Shown: piece by piece, positions 57,592-64,000 of the stretch
Layout of the letters: each line of letters opens with the position of its first letter
Numbering within the stretch: position 1 is the stretch's first letter
IMG/VR virus record: IMGVR_UViG_3300011989_000257
Location: 224,001 to 288,000 of that record
DNA from: a virus
Taxonomy: Duplodnaviria > Caudoviricetes
Strand: one strand, 5' to 3'
DNA length: 64,000 nt
Position numbers and translations under genes: made by a program
Notes under the pieces: model-generated
What the model was told of the DNA's origin: nothing
The model's database searches: none
The model's input: the letters and a program-made list of their open reading frames with translations, nothing else

Positions 57592-57718
57592 GGGAACAAT
57601 TGAACCAACATTTAGACCCACCCAATTAATTATCTATATTTGCGGGTGGGGTAGGAATCGAACCTACGTTATACAAATTGACAGTTTGCTTTATTTTCGA
57701 AACTTGCTGTGTGTTCCC
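57592..57718 (-). ncRNA. ACAGCAA-family RNA with permuted tRNA-Asp(GTC)-like domain
   Basis: GGGAACA/TGTTCCC stem, CAAA-CTGTCAA-TTTG, T arm, loop-closed CCCACCC/GGGTGGG stem. Confidence 0.75.
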
Positions 57719-57854
57719 ACTAATTAAAACCCAAAGTAACCTTCCCTGATATCGAACCTTTGGCACACCATTACAGACTGATGCGTTCTGTTCTAAGCCC
57801 TTCACCATATAGCACTATGTCTGCACATCTACCATATGACTTCGCCTAGTAGTA

Positions 57855-58631
57855 TCATTGTTGGTAGTATTTCTTTCTACCAGTTCTTCCATTTTTATTA
57901 TGCGACTTGTGCGTTTCTGTCAACGAATGACAATTTGGACACAATACTTGAAGATTCTCTTCTTTGTTATTTGTATAATCACCATCTATGTGATGTATTT
58001 CAAGAGGTATCGTTCCTGTAAATTCGTTTTTCTCTCCCCATCCGCATTTCTCACATTTGTAATTATGCTTCTCTAGGAGATAACGTCTGATATACTTGGA
58101 TAGTCCATATTCACCAGACATACCATTTTCTTCACCATTTTTCCAACGTTCAATATATTGTTTGTATCTGTATTCATTCTGACAATGAGTATCACAAAAT
58201 TCTATTTTATTACCATTTAACTCTTTTCCACAATTTTTACAATATCTTTTTCCACCACCAAATTTATTGTTTAGTGAAATTTTTGAACGAGGTGTAAGTG
58301 GTTTAAATTCACCATTAAAATCTGGATTTTTTTTCTGGAGTGAATGTGATATTTTAATTCTTATTTCTTCAGATAATTCCCTCCTAGAGTTATTGTATTT
58401 AGCAGCACAAGAGCTACTACAGAATTTAGTTTGATGTTTCGTATCTAACTCCTTACCACATTGTAAACAATATTTCTTCTCTTTTACTTTTTTACTCTCT
58501 AACCACTCTTTCCAATCAATACCATCTTCTTCAAGTAATTTCTTACATTTCTCTCTATTTGTGTAATTCGCTTTACCGAATTCTTGCCTAGCAATATCAT
58601 TCAGTGTTTTACAATATTTTAAGTCTTTCAT
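57855..58631 (-). CDS. HNH endonuclease with Zn-finger repeats
   Basis: CxxC...FCS..C repeats; LEIHHIDGD..NN..ENL.VLCPNCH. Confidence 0.9.
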   Translation of the reverse strand: MKDLKYCKTLNDIARQEFGKANYTNREKCKKLLEEDGIDWKEWLESKKVKEKKYCLQCGKELDTKHQTKFCSSSCAAKYNNSRRELSEEIRIKISHSLQKKNPDFNGEFKPLTPRSKISLNNKFGGGKRYCKNCGKELNGNKIEFCDTHCQNEYRYKQYIERWKNGEENGMSGEYGLSKYIRRYLLEKHNYKCEKCGWGEKNEFTGTIPLEIHHIDGDYTNNKEENLQVLCPNCHSLTETHKSHNKNGRTGRKKYYQQ

Positions 58632-58720
58632 ATGTTATATCCTTTTATTATAAATATAACATAAAAAGCCAAAAAATCAAGTCGAACTATATATTTTTTA
58701 TTTTTTTTTTTTCTGCTATG

Positions 58721-58791
58721 AGGCTCGACTCAGAATCGAACTGAGAACTTCTGGTTACAAAGCAGATATTTTACCATTAAACTATCGAGCC
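58721..58791 (-). tRNA. tRNA-Thr(TGT)
   Basis: TTTGTAA loop, TTCGATT T loop. Confidence 0.8.
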
Positions 58792-58856
58792 ATTAAAAGG
58801 TGCTTTCAGCCACTCTAGCGATTAATAATATTCTGAGCTAACGATGTATGAGTATG

Positions 58857-59330
58857 CTACTCAAATCCCTTTGGGAACTCTTTCGCATATAATTCTTCTA
58901 CGTATTCAGACCACTTTTTATCAGCGTTAATGTCTTTTTCTTTTTCCTTGATGACTTTATTCCAAAGCTTCTCAAGACGGTCATGACCAAGTGACATAAG
59001 CTTGCAAGCATATTCTGGAGTTATCTTATGAACTCCACAGTGTTTTGCTGAACAACAGCTACCACCACAATACTCACCCTTACCATTATCTTTTGTGCTG
59101 AAAGCATAATGTGGATAGAATATCAACACATCATCTTCAAAACAATTGTACTTTGGGTCATCGTTGAAACGAATGTTTATCTTCTGTACAATTCCTGGAA
59201 GGAAGTTACAAGTCTCTACCCAATCACCGACCTTATAATCAACACGTGACCAATACTCTTTCAAAGTTTCCTCTATCTCTTCTTTTGACCACCTTGACTC
59301 AGAGTTTTTTTCTAACTTACAATTTCCCAT
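58857..59330 (-). CDS. Hypothetical Cys-containing protein
   Basis: 157 aa ORF, TAG stop. Confidence 0.7.
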   Translation of the reverse strand: MGNCKLEKNSESRWSKEEIEETLKEYWSRVDYKVGDWVETCNFLPGIVQKINIRFNDDPKYNCFEDDVLIFYPHYAFSTKDNGKGEYCGGSCCSAKHCGVHKITPEYACKLMSLGHDRLEKLWNKVIKEKEKDINADKKWSEYVEELYAKEFPKGFE

Positions 59331-59354
59331 TTCGTAACATTATTTAAAAATTTG

Positions 59355-59436
59355 TGCATCGTGTAGGACTCGAACCCACGTTACCGTTTCCAGTACAGAT
59401 TAAGAGTCTGTTGCATAGCCTCTCTGCCAACGATGC
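59355..59436 (-). tRNA. tRNA-Lys(CTT) with long variable arm
   Basis: ACAGA-CTCTTAA-TCTGT; ACTG-GAAA-CGGT variable hairpin. Confidence 0.8.
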
Positions 59437-59446
59437 ATATGAACTG

Positions 59447-59521
59447 TACGCCTGGTGGGATTCGAACCCACGTAGTCACAGATTAAAAGTCTGGTGCATA
59501 AAGCCTCTCTGCCACAAGCGC
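59447..59521 (-). tRNA. tRNA-Lys(TTT)
   Basis: CAGA-CTTTTAA-TCTG. Confidence 0.82.
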
Positions 59522-59533
59522 ATTTGTAAATTG

Positions 59534-59605
59534 TGCGCCCAGAGGATTCTGCCACCTCGACTCCTAGTTTAAAAGACTAGTGCTCTACTTCTGAGCTATG
59601 AGCGC
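59534..59605 (-). tRNA. tRNA-Lys(TTT), atypical T loop
   Basis: CTAGT-CTTTTAA-ACTAG; T loop lacks TTC. Confidence 0.72.
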
Positions 59606-59919
59606 AATTGTTTATATATTTATGCGCTTACATAGACACGTGCTCTACCACTAAGCTACAAGCGCATTTGTTGTATCCTTTAATAACGCTCGTAGTTCAA
59701 CGGAGTTGACACCTAACAGAGCGTTACATCTGTTTCTTACGTTTTATTACCATCACAGTTTTCATATGTTAAACCCAAAATGTTTTAATATTTTTTCTAA
59801 TTCTATTATAACAGTTCCACTATATTCTGTTTCCGAAATAGTTGATTTGGAACTTGACAACTTTTTTTTGTTTATGTTATACCTTTTTAAGATATAATTC
59901 AAAACCTTATTACTATCCG

Positions 59920-60165
59920 TCATTTAATTTCAATTAATGTATCATTCTCGTTTGCCTTTCTAATCCACCTCATAAGAAGGATTGCTTTTTCTATTGGCTT
60001 AAAGGCTGCTGTTTCACCAACATCTTTCTTGTCACTAAGGTCAATCTCAAGCTGATATTTCTTGTCATCAGTTGATGTGATATGATAAACTGCAATTCCT
60101 CCAGACATGATGTACTGAAGCTGTGCAATACCCTTCACGATTGACTTTATATCTTGTACAACCAT
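59920..60165 (-). CDS. Hypothetical protein
   Basis: ORF with LMRWIRKA motif. Confidence 0.65.
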   Translation of the reverse strand: MVVQDIKSIVKGIAQLQYIMSGGIAVYHITSTDDKKYQLEIDLSDKKDVGETAAFKPIEKAILLMRWIRKANENDTLIEIK

Positions 60166-60473
60166 TATTCTATTTTTTTTAACGTCATTATTTCCCTTAA
60201 GAATCTTTCCCTATTGGATAACTTACTTTCTTTGTATTTCCTCTTCCAAAAGAAGAAAAGATATAAATCAAGTATACCTGCACCTATATTAAACAAAGAT
60301 AATATCCATCTTCCCTCAAGAAATATCAGTGCATACGCATTGATAAACATACCTATTGCAAGTAATAGCCATCCAATGTATCGTCCCCTTCTATTCTCCA
60401 TTATTATCATGGACATGGGCATTCCTATGATTATGAATCCCAAAGAGACCATGTTCAACGTGGAACTAACCAT
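60165..60473 (-). CDS. Small membrane protein
   Basis: Three hydrophobic segments. Confidence 0.6.
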   Translation of the reverse strand: MVSSTLNMVSLGFIIIGMPMSMIIMENRRGRYIGWLLLAIGMFINAYALIFLEGRWILSLFNIGAGILDLYLFFFWKRKYKESKLSNRERFLREIMTLKKIE

Positions 60474-60493
60474 AACATTTTTTTTTTAACTTG

Positions 60494-60584
60494 CGGAGGG
60501 TGAGGGACTTGAACCCCCGCTCCGACTCATCGCCGAACTAGCACGTTAGCAGTGTGCCCCCTTCACCAACTTGGGTAACCCTCC
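60494..60584 (-). tRNA. tRNA-Ser(GCT)
   Basis: Class II cloverleaf, G73. Confidence 0.9.
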
Positions 60585-60710
60585 ATTGTCGATACTTTAC
60601 ATTCCACTATCCCGTACAACTGTAACACCTAGCCTTGATGAATGATACTCAGCATTCGTTGCCTACGGTAACTTCTCTAGGTTGCTGTTCCTAGTGTGTC
60701 CTTCAGTATC

Positions 60711-61190
60711 TTATTCCTTTTCAGATTGCTTTTTCAACTCCAAGCATTTATTCATAAGGTAACTGTAGAGTTTTGGCGTTCTGTTACCTGATACATTAGC
60801 AATCTTAGAATTGAAAATTCCGTCAAACGGAAATACTATCCTCTCATATTTATGGATATTATTTTTTATCCATTCAAAATCATCATCAATTACCTTCTTA
60901 AACTCATCAATATCCTCATCATTCCACCTACCAGTCAAACCTTTATGCTCCTTATTATACCAACGTTGTGTTGTAATAGGGTAGGCGTTATCTAGTCCTC
61001 TTATTAATGCAGACGTTACACTAGGATAATGTTTTCCTTTACCATACTTTAGAGAATACCAAGATTCATCTGATATATCACTTTTACCACTATCCCTGTC
61101 AGTGTTGTCCGTGAATATATACATACTAGTGGCATCACTCGCAACTTCTATACGATTGTAGAATTTATCAGCCCTAACTATCTCCTTCAT
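60711..61190 (-). CDS. Hypothetical protein, possibly macro/NADAR-associated fold
   Basis: YIFTDN..R.SG, A.IRGL.NA.PI.T motifs. Confidence 0.5.
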   Translation of the reverse strand: MKEIVRADKFYNRIEVASDATSMYIFTDNTDRDSGKSDISDESWYSLKYGKGKHYPSVTSALIRGLDNAYPITTQRWYNKEHKGLTGRWNDEDIDEFKKVIDDDFEWIKNNIHKYERIVFPFDGIFNSKIANVSGNRTPKLYSYLMNKCLELKKQSEKE

Positions 61191-61464
61191 TTATTTTCCT
61201 TCTGTATCTTAGTTCTCTTATGTTCTTATAATGTATTTTGTACCTAACATGATGCTGGACAAAATTCTTACCATTACATGTATTATACACCCCACTAAAG
61301 ATGAAATACTCACCTCTAATTTCCATTTCATTTGGATGCATCCAATGGTAATCTTTTGGCTCTTTTCCATTATAAGGCATAACGTACCTAACCTCAATTG
61401 GTTGATTTTCTCTTAACCATTCAAATTGTTTTTTAGTCATTTCATAATAACCGCCACCAACCAT
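61174..61464 (-). CDS. Hypothetical protein
   Basis: ORF in operon, TAG stop. Confidence 0.6.
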   Translation of the reverse strand: MVGGGYYEMTKKQFEWLRENQPIEVRYVMPYNGKEPKDYHWMHPNEMEIRGEYFIFSGVYNTCNGKNFVQHHVRYKIHYKNIRELRYRRKINEGDS

Positions 61465-61469
61465 ATTTA

Positions 61470-61880
61470 TTATTCCCTTGATGTTGGAAGGGATGCTTTT
61501 CTAATCATTGTTGGAAGAAGTTCTCCAGTCTTGCGAAATCCAAATTTGCTATAGAAATTTTTTAAATCACTAACGGTTTTAAGTGTATCAGTGTCCTCCC
61601 AACGATGCTGAGGTTCACACAGTAGCACAATATTGTATTCCTTAAATATTCTAATAGTATAACGAAGTAACTCAGATGCTATGCCATTCCCAACATAGTG
61701 TGGGCTTGTTTCTACCCTAATAATTTTTGCGATTTTCTCGCCATTACATAAATTTTTATACCTAGGATATTCGCCACAATCAAGTTCGATTGACACTGTA
61801 CTTAACCATTTGTCATCTTTGTCAAAAGCATGAACAAAACGATGGTTTTTATGTCCCCAACATGTGATTCTAAATTCCAT
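61470..61880 (-). CDS. GNAT family acetyltransferase
   Basis: VETSPHYVGNGIASELL, LKNFYSKFGF. Confidence 0.8.
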   Translation of the reverse strand: MEFRITCWGHKNHRFVHAFDKDDKWLSTVSIELDCGEYPRYKNLCNGEKIAKIIRVETSPHYVGNGIASELLRYTIRIFKEYNIVLLCEPQHRWEDTDTLKTVSDLKNFYSKFGFRKTGELLPTMIRKASLPTSRE

Positions 61881-61909
61881 CTATTCTCAATTTATGAGTT
61901 AATACTAAG

Positions 61910-61996
61910 CGGAGGCAGAGGGACTCGAACCCCCAAGCCGTTATTAGCGACCAGCTGTTTTCAAGACAGCCCGACTACCAATTATCACATACCTCC
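61910..61996 (-). tRNA. tRNA-Ser(TGA)
   Basis: GCTGT-CTTGAAA-ACAGC, long variable arm, G73. Confidence 0.88.
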
Positions 61997-62002
61997 AAAA
62001 AG

Positions 62003-62093
62003 ACACCAACTGTGTACACATACAAGCTGAATCGAACAGTTCCTCAGTCTTCACGACCACGTGCTTCCGTCACACCCCTTGTAAGCTGGTGTT
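62003..62093 (-). ncRNA. Degenerate tRNA-like fold inside an outer stem
   Basis: ACACCAGC/GTTGGTGT outer stem, TTCGATT loop, 5-nt loop in place of the anticodon loop. Confidence 0.4.
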
Positions 62094-62095
62094 TG

Positions 62096-62168
62096 TGGAC
62101 CATATGGGACTCGAACCCCAATTCCAGCTTGCAAAGCTAGCGTGTTAGCCAATTACACTATACAGCCC
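62096..62168 (-). tRNA. tRNA-Ala(TGC), extended acceptor and short T stem
   Basis: CTAGC-TTTGCAA-GCTGG; 8-bp acceptor possible. Confidence 0.75.
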
Positions 62169-62350
62169 AAACAATGCACAGCAGCAGTATCGTTGGCTTA
62201 GTGCTTCCTTACGGCTAGATAAAATGACTGCTACCTTGAACGGACGTATGGCTAACGTTGTGGGTTACTTCGTCCCACTTCACAGTCTAACAACTCTAGT
62301 CACTCATATGTACATCTTTGAGTGTTGTTTGAGACCCACGTCTAGGATTG

Positions 62351-62423
62351 CTGGCCCACTCAGATTCGAACTGAGGCTCGAAGATTAACAGTCTTCCGTG
62401 CTGACCACTATCACTATAGGCCA
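62351..62423 (-). tRNA. tRNA-Asn(GTT)
   Basis: GAAGA-CTGTTAA-TCTTC, G73. Confidence 0.88.
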
Positions 62424-62432
62424 ATTTTTTTG

Positions 62433-62504
62433 CTGGAACGGAGAATTACGATATCTCGACCCCTTGCTTAACAGGCAAGCGCTCTGCCTCTGAGCTACGT
62501 TCCA
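62433..62504 (-). tRNA. tRNA-Asn(GTT), atypical T loop
   Basis: CTTGC-CTGTTAA-GCAAG. Confidence 0.78.
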
Positions 62505-62514
62505 ATTTTTTTTG

Positions 62515-62588
62515 TAGGAAGAGTGAGAGTCGAACTCACCATCATCTGCTTGTAAGGCAGAGGTCCATAGCCGATAGACGGTCTTCCT
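62515..62588 (-). tRNA. tRNA-Val(TAC)
   Basis: TCTGC-CTTACAA-GCAGA. Confidence 0.82.
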
Positions 62589-62708
62589 AACTTATAAGAT
62601 GCTTGCGTGAGTCCAAAATCACCTATGCCGTTATCTACTAATCGTCTCAAAACAACCGTAGCAGCTTTTTACGAATTAACAAGCATCTTTTTTATTTTTT
62701 CTACTATG

Positions 62709-62781
62709 AGCCTTGTGTCGGAATCGAACCAACAACCTGCACTTTACTAAAGTGCTGCTCTGCCAATTGAGCTAACGAGGC
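62709..62781 (-). tRNA. tRNA-Thr(AGT)
   Basis: GCACT-TTAGTAA-AGTGC. Confidence 0.82.
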
Positions 62782-62887
62782 ATATGCGCCCAAGCAATTT
62801 ATTTTCACTCTGTACCTTGGACTATACAGAAACCTTTAAGTGTGGCATCTAGTTTCAACCGACGTCAAATCTAGCTAGACAAACTTG

Positions 62888-62963
62888 TGGATGCAATAGG
62901 ATTCGAACCTATGTTTGTTACCAATCACACGGTCACTCCCCAAAGGAGTCCTTACACGCATCC
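62888..62963 (-). ncRNA. tRNA-like RNA (acceptor and T arm intact, D/anticodon regions rewritten)
   Basis: GGATGCG/TGCATCC-A, ATAGG-TTCGAAT-CCTAT. Confidence 0.55.
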
Positions 62964-62968
62964 ATTTG

Positions 62969-63041
62969 TGTGAGAAGATGGAATCGAACCACCGTTGTCG
63001 TGGGGCTTCAACCCACCGCTAAACCTCTCAGCTACTCCCAC
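62969..63041 (-). tRNA. tRNA-Phe(GAA)
   Basis: GTGGG-TTGAAGC-CCCAC. Confidence 0.8.
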
Positions 63042-63046
63042 ATTTG

Positions 63047-63118
63047 CGGTCTATGGGGGAATCGAACCCCCATCCCCTGATAGACAGTCAGGTATCGTAG
63101 CCGTTGGACCAATAGACC
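63047..63118 (-). tRNA. tRNA-Asp(GTC)
   Basis: CCTGA-CTGTCTA-TCAGG, G73. Confidence 0.88.
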
Positions 63119-63133
63119 ATAATATATGTCTTG

Positions 63134-63216
63134 AGACGAGGGTGGGATTTGAACCCACGTGCCTTGCGGCCAAAGGTTTTGCAGACCTAGGCGATTGACC
63201 ACTCCGCCACCTCGTC
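63134..63216 (-). tRNA. tRNA-Cys(GCA) with long variable arm
   Basis: AGGT-CTGCAAA-ACCT; GCC-GCAA-GGC variable hairpin; U73. Confidence 0.82.
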
Positions 63217-63225
63217 ATTTTGTTG

Positions 63226-63302
63226 TGGGGCGGGGCAGAATCGAACTGCCGCTAACGACCTGGATTTTCAGTCCAGCGCTCTACCAACTGAGCTACCTCC
63301 CC
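63226..63302 (-). tRNA. tRNA-Phe(GAA)
   Basis: CTGGA-CTGAAAA-TCCAG. Confidence 0.88.
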
Positions 63303-63303
63303 A

Positions 63304-63633
63304 TTATACAAACACATAATTTATGAACTTGTCCCACCAAGTTTCTTTTTCATCTTTATCTTCATTATCTATAAATCCAAATTCCTTGAGGAATTGTTTA
63401 AATTCTTTTTCTTCTTCAGCAAACTTTGGATTAGTAATTGTATTTCCGCTATTGCTATTATCTTCGGCTAATTCATCTATTACTTCGAAATGGAGTATGA
63501 AATCTTCCATATTAACTCCAATTGATTCAATAACCCAATAATTTTCATTCACCGCATTACCAATATATTTTTCCCCTACTTTGAAAGTAAATCCATGCTG
63601 TTCAAATTTTTCTATGCACATTACTATCTTCAT
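63304..63633 (-). CDS. Hypothetical protein
   Basis: Start moved to MKIVMC, downstream of the promoter at 63652. Confidence 0.65.
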   Translation of the reverse strand: MKIVMCIEKFEQHGFTFKVGEKYIGNAVNENYWVIESIGVNMEDFILHFEVIDELAEDNSNSGNTITNPKFAEEEKEFKQFLKEFGFIDNEDKDEKETWWDKFINYVFV

Positions 63634-63713
63634 ATTGAATGCTTTTTTTTTTGCAAAGATACTAAAAATTTTCTTATTAGCCAAATTATTTCTCCTAATA
63701 AAAGTTAAGCACA

Positions 63714-63757
63714 TAAAAAAAGCTGCTAAAGACTTTTTGGAGTTCTTCAACAGCTTG
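63714..63757 (-). terminator. Intrinsic terminator
   Basis: AAGCTGTTGAAGA/TCTTTAGCAGCTT stem followed by a U run. Confidence 0.7.
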
Positions 63758-63802
63758 GGAAAATATATAGTGAAGTAAGTGCCTTCTTCTTATATAGATA
63801 TA

Positions 63803-63934
63803 TCATATCTCAGTATCTCCTCTAAGCTGTCCTCCTCCTGCATCAAAATTACACGCAACAGAATCACTCCATTTACTTGATGTAGCAAATGTAGCATTAA
63901 ATTTAGCGATATTAGTAATAACTGTTGTATTCAT
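63803..63934 (-). CDS. Small ORF, possible leader peptide (43 aa)
   Basis: MNTTVITNIAKFNATFATSSKWSDSVACNFDAGGGQLRGDTEI with an A-rich initiation region. Confidence 0.45.
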   Translation of the reverse strand: MNTTVITNIAKFNATFATSSKWSDSVACNFDAGGGQLRGDTEI

Positions 63935-64000
63935 AATTTTAATGTTTTTAATTTATTAATTTTTTCTATAATTATATACAAGATTTAAAAAATATTGTTT

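Noticed and set aside
57720-58720. Group I intron with HNH interrupting a tRNA
   Set aside because: Flanking RNAs are complete and no P7 core was recognised; the HNH gene appears free-standing with its own upstream motif
47452-63198. Short + strand ORFs in the RNA island (47452, 49002, 49897, 55980, 59354, 61830, 62995) and minus ORF 57626-57808
   Set aside because: They overlap tRNA or ncRNA genes and are typical antisense or shadow translations
1-64000. Window-wide TAG reassignment (code 15)
   Set aside because: All recognisable enzymes are full length in code 11 here; recoding elsewhere in the genome cannot be excluded

Overview
This looks like a 64 kb AT-rich segment of a large (jumbo/mega) phage infecting Bacteroidota, probably Prevotella/Segatella-like. 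Almost every gene is on the minus strand, and many transcription units carry the Bacteroidota sigma-A promoter (TTTG ... TAnnTTTG). The left two thirds hold many short paralogous hypothetical genes, NAD-salvage and nucleotide genes (NADAR, PncB, PncA, Nudix, DHFR), RNA-repair genes (Rnl2-like ligase, CCA-adding enzyme) and LruC-type lipoproteins. They also hold an IS1595 transposon with a BspA-LRR passenger (25-bp TIRs, 8-bp TSD), an IscB/omegaRNA element inserted into a 17-bp repeat cluster, and free-standing endonucleases. The right third is an RNA island: about 25 tRNAs lacking encoded CCA (including an amber suppressor and several with unexpected long variable arms), a tmRNA, a GOLLD-like giant RNA and many tRNA-derived ncRNAs. 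Four candidates for undescribed biology stand out: (i) four Y-RNA/YrlA-like RNAs sharing a GGRARCNN-ACAGCAA terminal module but carrying different anticodon loops; (ii) a leader ORF with two in-frame TAG codons and an IRGP arrest-like motif upstream of a PTH2-like gene and next to the amber suppressor tRNA; (iii) an IscB whose guide matches repeats flanking its own locus; (iv) a covarying pair of tRNA-like RNAs. All calls were made by eye; no database searches were run.
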